Assembly (NCBI GenBank): GCA_963758915.1
Contig: CAVWXH010000016.1
Coordinates: forward strand, 64,001 to 128,000
Direction: 5' to 3'
DNA from: an uncultured Methanomicrobiales archaeon
Lineage (GTDB): Archaea; Halobacteriota; Methanomicrobia; Methanomicrobiales; Methanospirillaceae
Length of the DNA stretch: 64,000 nt
Made by a program: the position numbers and the translations under genes. Under the pieces are notes generated by a model that made no database searches, was not told where the DNA came from, and worked only from the letters and a program-made list of their open reading frames with translations. Positions 10,652-21,117 of the stretch are shown in pieces (within the stretch, counting starts at the first letter, position 1; each line of letters starts with the position of its first letter).

Positions 10652-11959
10652 GTGAAAACCGCGATACTTGGTGGGGGTCTTTCAGGCCTCACACTTGCAA
10701 GGCTCCTTGCCGCCCGGAATGAAGATATTACGATACTGGAAGCTGGAGGGCGTATCGGTGGGCTTTGCCAGTCTGTCCGGAAGGATGGGTTTACATTTGA
10801 TACCGGGGGTTCACATATTATTTTTTCCCGTGACCAGGAAGTGCTTTCCTTTATGCACGATGTCCTTGGCTGTAACCGGAATGAATGTGAACGGAATACA
10901 AAAATATTCTATAAAGGCCTCTTTATCAAATACCCGTTTGAGAACGGTCTTTCTGCCCTCCCAAAAGAGGACCTGTTCTTTTGCATCAATGAATTCGTGA
11001 AGGCCCTTGTAGCATCAGAAAAAGGAGAATTCAGACCTCCTGGTAACTTTAAGGAATGGATCTACCAGACATTCGGCAAAGGGATTGCAGAATGTTACAT
11101 GGTACCCTACAATGAAAAAATCTGGAATTACAAAACAGATATGATGTCTGCACACTGGATGGAGGGGAGGGTACCAAGACCCCCGGTTGAGGACGTCATC
11201 AGGTCCGCTATCGGGATCGAGACTGAGGGATATACCCACCAGTCTGTATTCTCTTACCCCCTGGATGGTGGTATTGAGTCCCTTGTCCAGGCGATTGGTG
11301 AACCGGTAAAAGAGCGGGTAACTACAGGTTTCCGGGTCACGTCCGTAACACGGGATGGTGGAAAATGGGTGATCAGCGACGGTAAACAGACCATTGTTGC
11401 AGACCGTTGTATTTCCACAATTCCCCTGCAATATCTCATCCCGACACTCAAAGACGTTCCGGAGGACGTAAGGAAGGCAGTGGATGACCTGAAGTATAAC
11501 TCCCTGATATCGGTCAGTATCGGAATAAAGGGTCAAGTGCCACCCATTTCGTGGATGTATATCCCTGATGAAAAGACCGGGATGGAGAACCGGATCTCGT
11601 TCCCCTCAAATTTCAGTCCCGGGACTGCACCCGCTGGTTGTAGTTCGATCCTCGCGGAGATCACCTATAATGAAGGGGATATTGTTTCGACAATGAGTGA
11701 CCAGGAAGTTATCGACCATGTGACCCGTTCACTTACAGGAATGGATGTTCTCTCTCCTGGATCAGTTATCTCCACCGGTTTGTACCGCCACCGCTTTGCC
11801 TACGTTGTCTATGACATTAATTACCTGAAAAATATAGCAATTATCAGAGAATACTGCAATAACATCGGCATCTCACTGGTGGGACGATTCTCCCGCTTTG
11901 AATACCTGAACATGGACGGGTGTATACGGAATGCAATTGATTTTGTGAAGGGCAGCTGA
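10652..11959 (+). CDS. FAD-dependent oxidoreductase, UDP-galactopyranose mutase/HemY-like family
   Basis: GGGLSG Rossmann motif, FDTGGSHIIFS, YMVPYNEKIW and GRFSRFEYLNMD; co-transcribed with glycosyltransferases. Confidence 0.7.
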   Translation: MKTAILGGGLSGLTLARLLAARNEDITILEAGGRIGGLCQSVRKDGFTFDTGGSHIIFSRDQEVLSFMHDVLGCNRNECERNTKIFYKGLFIKYPFENGLSALPKEDLFFCINEFVKALVASEKGEFRPPGNFKEWIYQTFGKGIAECYMVPYNEKIWNYKTDMMSAHWMEGRVPRPPVEDVIRSAIGIETEGYTHQSVFSYPLDGGIESLVQAIGEPVKERVTTGFRVTSVTRDGGKWVISDGKQTIVADRCISTIPLQYLIPTLKDVPEDVRKAVDDLKYNSLISVSIGIKGQVPPISWMYIPDEKTGMENRISFPSNFSPGTAPAGCSSILAEITYNEGDIVSTMSDQEVIDHVTRSLTGMDVLSPGSVISTGLYRHRFAYVVYDINYLKNIAIIREYCNNIGISLVGRFSRFEYLNMDGCIRNAIDFVKGS

Positions 11960-11960
11960 C

Positions 11961-12939
11961 ATGCGGGTGAATTTTTACGTGGAAGATCAGCTGTTTTTTA
12001 AATATATCGGCAGTGCAACGGTTGCGAAGTCCCTGTACCGCCAGGTTGCGGTCTCGTCTGATATTGACGTGACCTGGAAAAGTTATTCCCGGACTGCGGA
12101 TATCGTCCATTATCATTCGTTCGGCCCCATTGCAGCCGTTAACCGGCGGATCAGCACAGGGTGTAAAGTCCTGACGGCCCATTCAACGCCAAGGATTAAC
12201 CACGGGAATATTGCATTTGTTAAGGTGATCAACAAGCAGTACCCGAAAGTGTACCGGAAGATACGATCATATCATTACCATCTCAAAGTCATGCCATGAG
12301 GAAGTAACGTCCATGGTACCGGAAATGCCGGTGACATATATTCCGAATGGAGTGAACCGGGATATTTTCAGGAAAGATGACAGGAAGCGGGCAGCGTTTC
12401 GTGAAGAGTTCGGGATTGAAGATGACACGGAGGTTGTACTCACTGTCGCACAGCAGACGCCGCGAAAAGGGCTCTATGATTTCTTTGCCCTGGCCAAACA
12501 GTTCCCGGAGAAGAAATGGGTCTGGGTTGGCGGGCTTCCCTATGGGTTTCTATCGAAAGATTACCGTAAAATCCGGTTTATGCGCGACCGTTGCGGGAAA
12601 AATGTTATCCTTACCCGCCATATCAGAGATGTTGTTAATGCCTATAACGGGGCGGATGTCTTTTTCATGCCGTCGTATGCGGAGACATTCGGGCTTGTGA
12701 TCCTTGAGGCTCTTGCCTGTGGTCTGCCGGTGGTCGCGCGAGATATCCCCGAATTCCACGATATTTTCGGGGATAAGGTCCTGTATTTCGCAAATAACGG
12801 GGAGGCTGCAACATTGATCAATGACAAGCCCGCTTTACAGAGAATTGCAGCCGGTTCAAGAGACTATACACGGTCATTTGATATCAGGAATGTTGCAAAA
12901 CAACATGTTGAACTCTATCATTCGCTGGTGGAACCATGA
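11961..12939 (+). pseudogene. Glycosyltransferase family 4, split by a +1 frameshift near 12260 (probably a sequence error)
   Basis: ORFs 11961-12299 and 12313-12939 join to ..VYR[R/K]YDHIITISKSCHEE.. if one base is removed; ETFGLVILEALACG GT-B motif. Confidence 0.85.
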
Positions 12940-13634
12940 TTTCTGTCATTATCCCCTCCTATAACGAGGAGGCAAATATAGCCCGGTGTCTGGAATCCTT
13001 GCAAAAACAGACGATTCCAAGGGAAGAATACGAGATTATTGTCGTCGATGGCAATTCGAAAGACCAGACACGGGAAATTGCAGAAAAATATGCAGACCTC
13101 GTTTTTATCCAGACAAGTAACAAGGTGGGTGGAGCAAGGAATGACGGGGTGCTAAAGTCCAGGGGGGAGATAATTGTTACCACCGATGCCGATTGTGTAC
13201 TGCCTGAAGACTGGCTGGAAAACATCACATCAGAGTTTTCAAAACAGCCGATAGTCCAGCTCTTCGGGCCCGTCGATCCGATTGAAGGGGGCATTAAGAA
13301 CCGGATCTCGCTCTTCTTCGCAAATATGTTTGCGAGAGCCGGCTATTATACGGGTACCCTGTATTACACGCTCGGGTGTAATACTGCATTTGAGCGGGGC
13401 GCATTCATACAAGCTGGGATGTACCGGACGGTTGATGCCGGCGACGATCTTGAGATTGCCAGGCGCATGAGAAAACTCGGGAAAGTAAAGTTTTCCAACC
13501 GGGTCAGGGTGGGGTTCTCCATGCGCCGGTACCAGCAGTATGGGACGCTTAAATCCCTTTATGAATGGCTCTATATTGTTGCACACGGTGGATCATCCGA
13601 TAAGCACAGCTATACGAAAAGGGAATACAAGTAA
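12936..13634 (+). CDS. Glycosyltransferase family 2
   Basis: ISVIIPSYNEE, IIVVDGNSKD and TTDAD (DxD) motifs. Confidence 0.93.
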   Translation: MISVIIPSYNEEANIARCLESLQKQTIPREEYEIIVVDGNSKDQTREIAEKYADLVFIQTSNKVGGARNDGVLKSRGEIIVTTDADCVLPEDWLENITSEFSKQPIVQLFGPVDPIEGGIKNRISLFFANMFARAGYYTGTLYYTLGCNTAFERGAFIQAGMYRTVDAGDDLEIARRMRKLGKVKFSNRVRVGFSMRRYQQYGTLKSLYEWLYIVAHGGSSDKHSYTKREYK

Positions 13635-13667
13635 GGTGTTCCCGACCTATTATCCCGTGACTGGCAG

Positions 13668-14066
13668 ATGAAATCACCCGGCGTACAAATAAACCAGGAA
13701 ATTATTGAGGCCTTTAATTCATGCGAATTTGCACAGCTCCTTGGAATGACCGTTGCGGAAGTTTGGGGAAACGGTGTCAGGGTCACGATGACTGCCGAAG
13801 GGAAAGCGGGTCCCAACAGGGTTGCACATGGGGGTGCGGTTTTCGCGCTGGCAGACCATGCCTTTGGTATAGCGGCAAACATGGGTGGAGAACGACAGGT
13901 CGCGCTATCGGCAACCATACAGTATATCAGTCCGGCGAGTGGTCATCTTGAAGCGATCGCAGAACGTGTTTCAGGAAATGATTTGTGCTCGCTCTACCGG
14001 GTTACGGTAACCGCAGGTGACCGCCTGGTCGCCATCTTTTTTGGTACCGGAATAAAAGTTACCTGA
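13668..14066 (+). CDS. PaaI-family hotdog-fold thioesterase
   Basis: HGGAVFALAD motif. Confidence 0.9.
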   Translation: MKSPGVQINQEIIEAFNSCEFAQLLGMTVAEVWGNGVRVTMTAEGKAGPNRVAHGGAVFALADHAFGIAANMGGERQVALSATIQYISPASGHLEAIAERVSGNDLCSLYRVTVTAGDRLVAIFFGTGIKVT

Positions 14067-14085
14067 TAAACCGTACAATTCTCCG

Positions 14086-14470
14086 GGTTCTGTTGAAACA
14101 CACATGAACGGGAAGTTCACATCCGGACGATTGAAAATGCCTCGCTCAAAATGTATCTTTGTCGGGGTCCGTTTTGTCAGGTAATATGAAAATCCCCACT
14201 GGAAATTTCATGTTGTATGCTTGTGGCCTTCTGGCATCATGTCTGTTTAAATAGTTCAACCCTGGAGATTTAAAAAAAGAGGAGATACGTGGACAGGAGG
14301 GACTTTCACCCCCTCCGCGTCCCATCCCCGACAATCTACCCGATGGACAGGGTTCAACTGTAGTATTCCTGAACATTTCAATGATTTATACATCATTCTC
14401 AATCCTGACCGGGGTCGCCAGAGTTGCTGGGCGGAGCCCCGGGAGCGGGGGTAAATTTCAGGACACTCCA
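14086..14470 (+). mobile_element. MITE-like repeat, long form (left end plus hairpin core); possible right end at 14942-14955
   Basis: Starts ggttctgttgaaacacacatgaacgggaagttcac as at 15013 and 38690. Internal ttgtatgcttgtggcc..catgtctgttt also at 38815 and 42855. Core gacaggaggg..caccccctcc and gggcggagccccgggagc. Confidence 0.75.
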
Positions 14471-14622
14471 CATGCTGTCACGATCACAGAACCTGTTTGC
14501 CTGTGACCTGGACCGCCATCATTGCGGGCCTGGGGAGTCCACCCTGTTGTTTATACCACCAGTCAGTGAAAGACCGGGAAAATTGAATAATCATGAGTAT
14601 AATTTACTATAAGACCCGATAC

Positions 14623-14922
14623 ATGACAATTATACTCACATGCAGGCGTTGTAAAGGTACTGGCAAGGTCGTGAATGACCATTTTGAGATCTGTAAAGCG
14701 CTCAAATCAGATGCGGCCAGGCGCCATTTTCATGTTCATGCAAAGACCGAAATGCTGGAATCGGATGCGGATGAAGCACTAATCGCGGCCGAGTGCGGTG
14801 AAAGCCCCACTATTATTTGCCCAAAGTGTAATGGTGAAGGAAGTCTCGAATTCGATGAAGATGGGTGGGAAATATCCGTGGTCCCCAGGGGAGATGATGA
14901 GATGGAAGGTGATGGGTCATAA
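14623..14922 (+). CDS. Small DnaJ-type zinc-finger protein (2x CxxCxGxG) with acidic tail
   Basis: CRRCKGTG and CPKCNGEG; alternative start at 14593. Confidence 0.7.
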   Translation: MTIILTCRRCKGTGKVVNDHFEICKALKSDAARRHFHVHAKTEMLESDADEALIAAECGESPTIICPKCNGEGSLEFDEDGWEISVVPRGDDEMEGDGS

Positions 14923-15012
14923 AAAGGAAAGGATGTCAATCGTTTCAACCAAACCTGGCATATCCAGGAAAGCAGCTGACCCTTTTGTTTTCACCGGTTT
15001 TGTAGGAATTAA

Positions 15013-15210
15013 CGCTCTGTTGAAACATACATGAACGGGAAGTTCACACCCGGATCATGAAAATGCATCGTTCAGTATCTCCTTGTATCGGATGCAGATC
15101 AGGCATCTGCATGGGGGATCCTGCATATTTAAAAAATGGGATATACGTAGACAGGTGGGAATTTCACCCCCTCCCTGCACCACCCCATGTTCCCGGAGCA
15201 GGAGTCAACC
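15013..15210 (+). repeat. MITE-like repeat, long form, left half
   Basis: gctctgttgaaacatacatgaacgggaagttcac.. and gacaggtgggaatttcaccccctccctgc; truncated at the stop codon of the YkgJ gene. Confidence 0.7.
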
Positions 15211-15925
15211 GGGTTTTACCAGGTGGTTCTCTTCCAGTTCTCCTGCATGATATACCATTACGGTGACTGCTTCCCCCTTTGAAAACCGCCTCATCCGGTC
15301 GTCATATACTTTCTGTACATGCCGAAGATTGTGCCTGGTAAAATATTTCTCCATAAACTCCAGGAACGCTATTTCATGGGTGAGAATAGCATTTTCAAAC
15401 TCTTTTATCTGACGGGCAAGGCTGAGGCATTCCTCAATGGGAATTTCATGGTGGTAATCCCCGTGTTCATTGAGTCCTGACAGTCTGTCTCCATTCGATT
15501 TTTCCCATTTCATCGGGTTCGCGGTGGAGCATGTACGGGTATATCCGGCAGATGGAGAACCGCTGGTCATAGATCCGGCACCGGCCGTTTTCCAGGAACC
15601 AGCAGGGTCCGGGGGCATCACCTTTTGTACGCAATGCATAGCCAGATACATAAAAAATCCCGTTCTGGTCGCAGAACTCAGGGTAAGGGGCAGGTTCCAG
15701 TGCACCAGGATCAATTGTTTTAACCACGGTAACGTCGTGATCGAGTAAAAAAACGTGCCCATTGAATTCGTGGGTGCAGCAACGTGCGCAGTTGGTACAC
15801 CGGAACCCGATCTCTCTAATGATACCGGCAAGGCGGTCCGGCGGGTACTCAAAGAGGCTGTTTCTTTCCTGCGTTAATGCAATTATCTGAAAAGGGATCG
15901 GGACAAGAGAAACGACGATCACCAC
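15205..15925 (-). pseudogene. YkgJ-family cysteine-cluster (CxxCxxCC) protein, split by a +1 frameshift near 15484
   Basis: GFRCTNCARCC..CWFLENGRCRIYDQRFSICRIYPY. The reading continues as LSGLNEHGDY.. in the adjacent frame to 15205. Confidence 0.8.
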
Positions 15926-16019
15926 GATACAGTTATGGTGAAGTATGGGGCTCTCCGTTATGTTATTTTTTTGGAATGGGGACCCGGGGTAGCATGGGCT
16001 CCTGGAAAAATTCCCTCTG

Positions 16020-16075
16020 CTGACCCGGGGCAGAGGGGCACCCCGGGAGCATGGAACAAATTTCAGGATATCTTT
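16020..16075 (+). repeat. MITE-like repeat, right-half fragment
   Basis: tgacccggggcagaggggcaccccgggagc..aaatttcaggata matches 14405-14466. Confidence 0.55.
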
Positions 16076-16166
16076 ACCTGTGTATACGTTATTTTTGAGG
16101 ATGTCTGCATCGCCCTAACAACACAAGCTTTTTTTTAGCGGGGTTTTCCATCCGGTTCCGGAAGGT

Positions 16167-16607
16167 CTACTCCCGTCCCCCGATGAGCACCGCAATATAT
16201 TCCCTCAGAGCCGGATCCTCGTCTTCATTATTCACGTGGTCCATCAGGCACTCGATTGCGCGGTAACTATGAATTACTGCCAGTGCCATCGCGGCTTTTT
16301 GACGTGCTTCGGGCACCTCATTTTCATTCTCCAGGTGTTCAATGAGCGTGGGGACTGATCTCCCGCTTCTCAACATGGATAGGGCGTTAATGGCTTGAAT
16401 CCTGATTTCCTGGTCCTGATCATCACAACAGATCAGAAGGGCTGATACAGCCCTCGGGTCTCCCCGTTCCCCTAATGATTTCAAAGCCCTGATCCTCTCT
16501 TCCCTTTCGTTTCCACTCTGGACGTCTTCAATAATACGGTAGATATGTGCTGATCCTGCGAACCGGCTGAACCATTCATTGTTACCTTCATTTAATTTTG
16601 CAGACAT
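16167..16607 (-). CDS. HEAT/PBS-lyase repeat protein
   Basis: Repeated R..A..ALG..GD.RAV..L helical repeats. Confidence 0.85.
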   Translation of the reverse strand: MSAKLNEGNNEWFSRFAGSAHIYRIIEDVQSGNEREERIRALKSLGERGDPRAVSALLICCDDQDQEIRIQAINALSMLRSGRSVPTLIEHLENENEVPEARQKAAMALAVIHSYRAIECLMDHVNNEDEDPALREYIAVLIGGRE

Positions 16608-17342
16608 GTTGTATTCCTCGTGACTGGGACTGGATATGACGATAAATATTGACCGTAATGCACGAAATTTTTGAGATTCTGCCCGGTTTGGGCGAGAATT
16701 CGGGTTGCTAATATATCTTGTTAATGTACAGAAAACAGCAGCCGCTTACCAAGTACTTCCCGTACCGGACGAGTGTTGATTGACCTGGTAAGATGCAAAT
16801 AGTACATCTGGTACTGGGTTGTTGCAGCAATTATAAATAATTAATTCCCGGGAAAACAGGAAAACTCCGTTCCCATTCGGAAAATAATTCTATCACCCTG
16901 TGGAAATTGTATCCCTGAGCCACAGATCCCTTTATCGCGGCTGTCAAGCTCCGATTAAGTCCTCCAGAAGGTGTGGTATGCATTGATATTCTCCATCCCA
17001 AATCCAATTATCCTCCGAACCAATAAGGAAGTGAAATTAAACCCTTCCATATAGCAATTATCTTCCTGGTCCTGATGCTCTGCACCGGGGAGTGATGGTA
17101 GTATCGACCTATTCATCTGTATTGCACAAAGTCGGCGAATGATATACCCGTTCTGACCATCCATGGGTCAGAAAAAATCCATCACCCCGTTTCAGATGTG
17201 AGATATAATTCAGTAACCGGGTACAGGATGCCTGATCCCTGTTGCACCCTGGTAACACCAGTTTTTCATTTTCCTGCCATCCCCTCCTAAAATAAGCAGA
17301 TACCCTGAAGAGATAACCAGCCTAATAGGTTACAGAGTGTAA

Positions 17343-18113
17343 ATGGTGTTCGATCTTAAAACTTTTTTTTCTGATGAGGGAATAGACGTATTCACCGAGG
17401 TTAGCATTGCGAACCTCCCGGATGCCGACAGAAAATCCGTAGTACAGATGTTACCGTCAGCCCGATCAGTTATCGTGTTTGGACGGGAGGTCCCCGTTCA
17501 GGCTTACCGGATGACACCACGGGAACAGACCCGGGTGATGCTCCGGATAGCCGGTGAGCTGGATAATTCTGCCAAACTGCTCGCCCGGCTATTGAATATG
17601 GATGGAATTCCAGCCTTGCCCGTTCCGCTCTACCTGCCTGTCAGGATCCAGGATGGGCGGGTACATGGAGTCATACGGTTGAAGAAGGTTGCAGAAGTCG
17701 GTGGGCTGGGATCGATAGGAATGAGCTCCATACTTCTCTCTCCCCGGTATGGCCCACGATTGTTGTTACTCGGTGTTGTAACAAACCGGCCTGTTTCTGA
17801 AGATGAACCTGGCAGTGAAATACCGGTCAGTACAGGAACTCCAGGAAAAGGCCTCTGTACCGGGTGCAAACGTTGCGTTACCGTCTGCCAGGGTGGAGCG
17901 ATTGGACCGGATGGTGTCGATGCATTCCGGTGCCGGACTGTTCGGGCATGGGTACCTCCAACCCTAGTCCCGGTTGTAAAATGGATGCTGGGACGGCAGA
18001 TAGTACTTAAATGTGCAGCCCCGCTTGCCCCGTGGATTGCCCGGATGGCATCGATCCGTTGCAGCCTCTGTGTGACGGAGTGCCCACTATTTGAGGGTAC
18101 CGAAGGAACATGA
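17343..18113 (+). CDS. Epoxyqueuosine-reductase (QueG)-like Fe-S protein
   Basis: ARSVIV, GLGSIG..LLSPRYGPRLLL..V.T, CTGCKRCVTVC and CSLCVTECP motifs. Confidence 0.75.
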   Translation: MVFDLKTFFSDEGIDVFTEVSIANLPDADRKSVVQMLPSARSVIVFGREVPVQAYRMTPREQTRVMLRIAGELDNSAKLLARLLNMDGIPALPVPLYLPVRIQDGRVHGVIRLKKVAEVGGLGSIGMSSILLSPRYGPRLLLLGVVTNRPVSEDEPGSEIPVSTGTPGKGLCTGCKRCVTVCQGGAIGPDGVDAFRCRTVRAWVPPTLVPVVKWMLGRQIVLKCAAPLAPWIARMASIRCSLCVTECPLFEGTEGT

Positions 18114-18120
18114 TTAAAAG

Positions 18121-18205
18121 CGCCGAGGGGGAGATTTGAACTCCCGAGGCGCAGGGCGCCAGTAGCTTTCGAGGCTACCGCCTTCCCGGACTAGACTACC
18201 TCGGC
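18121..18205 (-). tRNA. tRNA-Ser(CGA)
   Basis: Acceptor stem GCCGAGG..CCTCGGC-G, anticodon arm GTAGC-CT-CGA-AA-GCTAC, long variable arm, T-loop GTTCAAATC; CCA not encoded. Confidence 0.96.
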
Positions 18206-18348
18206 AAAAACGGATGTGATATTTTTTACCGGATTTCGTATAAGGGTATCGGAATGTGAAGAATGCTGAAAGATAATTCCCCGGGAAAAAACCCGGGATG
18301 TTGATAAATTATTAAAAGAGGGGGTTAACCTCTGACTATTCCGGACTA

Positions 18349-19938
18349 TTACATTCCGCCGCCGGGTGCCCGGTTCTGGGTAATCATCATGTCATCCACC
18401 CGTATGAGCATGATTGCAGACTCTGCCGAACTCTGGATTGACTGGCGCTTCGACCGGGATGGTTCGATGACTCCCTCTTTTAACATGTCGATTATTTCGC
18501 CGTTATAAACATTGAGGCCTGCATTTTTCTGCCCCTTTGCATGGGCATTTTTCAGGTTGACAAGTTTGTCAATCATGTTATAGCCTGAATTTTCTGCGAG
18601 GGTGAGTGGGATCACTTCAAAGGAAGCTGCATATGCCTCAATTGCGAGCTGCACACGTCCCCCGACGGTTGATGCATAATCACGGATCCTCAGGACGAGT
18701 TCTGTCTCGACAGCCCCTCCCCCTACGACGAAGCTCCCATCCTCCATGGTGTCCATTACAACGCGGGTACCATCAACGACAGCACGCTCGAGTTCATCGA
18801 GAAGGTAATCTGAGGTCCCCCGGAGAAGAATGGTGGTTGTCTTCGGGTTCTTGCATCCTTCGATCCTGATGATATCAATATCGTCAGATTCTTCAACAAG
18901 TTCTGCAGTGCCGAGCACACCCGGGACAAGGTCTTCTGCCTTGTTGACGACCGAGGCACCAAGTGCCCTGGCTGCATTTTTCATGTCATTTTCAGCTACA
19001 TCTTCGACTGCGAAGATGCCTGCCTTTGCAAGGTAGAACTGGATCGGGTCTGCGATACCTTTCTGGCACAGGAGGACATTTGCCCCGCTCGAGATAACAG
19101 CGTCAGAAAGTTTCTTCAGTGTTTCGCGTTCCTGGAGACCGAATGCATCCATTTGCTCGCTGGAAGTGATCTTGATCTTCGCCTTGACCTGTGTTTTTTT
19201 GATCTCGAAAGGACTGGCGACAAGGGCAACCTTTGCCTTCTTAATCCGCTTTGGCATTGCCTCGTTGACACGCTTCTTATCGATAACGATGCCCTTGATC
19301 AGCTCGGCATCGTCCATGGAGGCACCTTTCTGCTTCTTGATCATGACATTATCTTCATCTGCCAGTACTTTACCGCCACTTTTCTCTGCGATTGCCATGA
19401 CTGCATCAACGACAATTCCGTCAAGTTTCCCCTTTACCGACTCGATGGATTTCCCTGTCATCGCAGTGTCAGCGATCTTCAAGAGGGTCTTCCGGTCATA
19501 GGAGTCGACCTTGATTGAGAGGTCTTTTAAGATCTCAAGGGCTTTTTCCATCCCTAACCTGTACCCCTGGGCAATGACCGTCGGGTGGATCTTCTTGGCA
19601 AACATCTGCTCTGCCTGCTCCATAAGTGCACCGACAAGTACCACGGCGGTTGTCGTCCCGTCGCCTACCTCATCGTCCTGGGCTTTTGCTACCTCGATTA
19701 CCATCTTGGCGCCGGGGTGCTGCACTGAGATCTCCTGCAGGATAGTGGCACCATCGTTTGTGATCACCACATCGCCTGTTGAACTGACCAGCATTTTGTC
19801 CATTCCACGTGGGCCGAGAGTTGTCCTTACGGCACCTGCAATGGCCTTTGCTGCAACGATATTGGAGCGCTGGGCCTCGTGGCCACGGTTTCGCTCTACA
19901 TCTTGTCTAAGAATTATAATCTGTTGTCCGGCTAGCAT
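18349..19938 (-). CDS. ths: Thermosome (group II chaperonin) subunit
   Basis: [18 protein letters not shown] and GDGTTT motifs. Confidence 0.98.
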   Translation of the reverse strand: MLAGQQIIILRQDVERNRGHEAQRSNIVAAKAIAGAVRTTLGPRGMDKMLVSSTGDVVITNDGATILQEISVQHPGAKMVIEVAKAQDDEVGDGTTTAVVLVGALMEQAEQMFAKKIHPTVIAQGYRLGMEKALEILKDLSIKVDSYDRKTLLKIADTAMTGKSIESVKGKLDGIVVDAVMAIAEKSGGKVLADEDNVMIKKQKGASMDDAELIKGIVIDKKRVNEAMPKRIKKAKVALVASPFEIKKTQVKAKIKITSSEQMDAFGLQERETLKKLSDAVISSGANVLLCQKGIADPIQFYLAKAGIFAVEDVAENDMKNAARALGASVVNKAEDLVPGVLGTAELVEESDDIDIIRIEGCKNPKTTTILLRGTSDYLLDELERAVVDGTRVVMDTMEDGSFVVGGGAVETELVLRIRDYASTVGGRVQLAIEAYAASFEVIPLTLAENSGYNMIDKLVNLKNAHAKGQKNAGLNVYNGEIIDMLKEGVIEPSRSKRQSIQSSAESAIMLIRVDDMMITQNRAPGGGM

Positions 19939-19973
19939 AGTGAATCCTTCAATGTGGTAAAAAGATGGAATTG

Positions 19974-20006
19974 AACTTCTATATAAGTGATTCTATATAG
20001 GAATTC
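19974..20006 (-). promoter_or_regulatory. Putative thermosome promoter (tandem TATATAGAA)
   Basis: Minus strand reads cctatatagaatcacttatatagaagttc, 35-65 nt upstream of the ATG. Confidence 0.55.
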
Positions 20007-20020
20007 GATATGTTCACCTG

Positions 20021-20641
20021 TCAGTCGATACGCGAGATTTTGAAGAGACTATACACCGGGACTCCGTCGATATCACTGATACCGCGCTTGTCAAATATTA
20101 CGAGGATTGCGGTCGGGGTTGCCCCATGTTTTCTTAAGTATTTTACCATCTCCCTCATGGTATTCCCTGACGTGATCACATCATCGACGATAATACATGA
20201 TTCTCCTTTTACCGTAGCAAAATTCCCGCTGATGGAACCGACCGGTTTTTCGCTCGAGCTCTGTTTTACCGGGTGATAAATCGCAAGTTTTGCTTCCAGT
20301 GATGCGGCCATAAGTGTGGCCAGGGGAATTCCTGACAGTGCTATCCCCACGATTACTGCAGGCTGGTCCTCTGCTCCACATGAGCAGGTGGATGAAATAC
20401 CATGGGCACACTGAAGCCTTGTAAGCATCATCCCGGCCATCGCGGTAAGCAGTGATGCTTCCCTGCTGACACTGGTCCAGTCAATGTGCACATCTTTTGG
20501 TATGTCTGTACCTTTCGCCTGCGTCAGAAGCCAGGTCACCGTCTCCATTGAGAGTGAAAGTTCATCAGCTATCTGGCCCGGACTATGGCCTTCAGAGAGG
20601 AGTTCTTTTGCCTTTCTGATCAGCTCTTCGAGGGATGACAT
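20021..20641 (-). CDS. gfcR: PyrE-like transcriptional regulator GfcR (HTH + PRTase)
   Basis: [32 protein letters not shown] and PRPP-binding [10 protein letters not shown]. Confidence 0.85.
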   Translation of the reverse strand: MSSLEELIRKAKELLSEGHSPGQIADELSLSMETVTWLLTQAKGTDIPKDVHIDWTSVSREASLLTAMAGMMLTRLQCAHGISSTCSCGAEDQPAVIVGIALSGIPLATLMAASLEAKLAIYHPVKQSSSEKPVGSISGNFATVKGESCIIVDDVITSGNTMREMVKYLRKHGATPTAILVIFDKRGISDIDGVPVYSLFKISRID

Positions 20642-20661
20642 GAACAGAGGTAAACAGCCAT

Positions 20662-21117
20662 CTATTTAAGTTTTCTTTTGATGAGTGAGCCACAGACCGG
20701 ACATTCCCCGGTCTTTGGATAATAACGCCCGCATCCAGAGCAGCGGAATTTCCAGACCCTCGCTCGCGCAGACCGCTGGTGAATAGGCAGGGTCGTAATC
20801 CCCAGCTTTCGTGCGACATTCTGTACCGCAAAATCATCAGTGATAATCGTGCCATTCAGTTCGAGCGCAAGGGATATCAGGTCAAAATCTGTTTGTGAAA
20901 GGACTGATACATCACCTGTCCGGCTTGCAGCCTCTTCTACACGCCGCAGGTATTCCGGGGCCGGTTGCCTCACAACCAGACCTGATGCGAGGAATACCTC
21001 GTAACGGCATTTTGAACGCAGGTCAATGAGCTCTGCCACAACTGAATGAGTTGTATATGCAGGCAGTTCAACGGGGAAATCAGAAAAAAACACCGAAGAG
21101 TCAAGGATTGGTATCAT
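20662..21117 (-). CDS. nob1: Nob1-family PIN endonuclease with Zn ribbon
   Basis: [22 protein letters not shown] and CSGC..CPVCGS; ATGA overlap with the rtcA stop. Confidence 0.92.
   Translation of the reverse strand: MIPILDSSVFFSDFPVELPAYTTHSVVAELIDLRSKCRYEVFLASGLVVRQPAPEYLRRVEEAASRTGDVSVLSQTDFDLISLALELNGTIITDDFAVQNVARKLGITTLPIHQRSARARVWKFRCSGCGRYYPKTGECPVCGSLIKRKLK

Noticed and set aside
14086-18205. Integrated provirus or genomic island at tRNA-Ser
   Set aside because: No integrase, viral genes or duplicated tRNA 3' end (att) were seen in the window.
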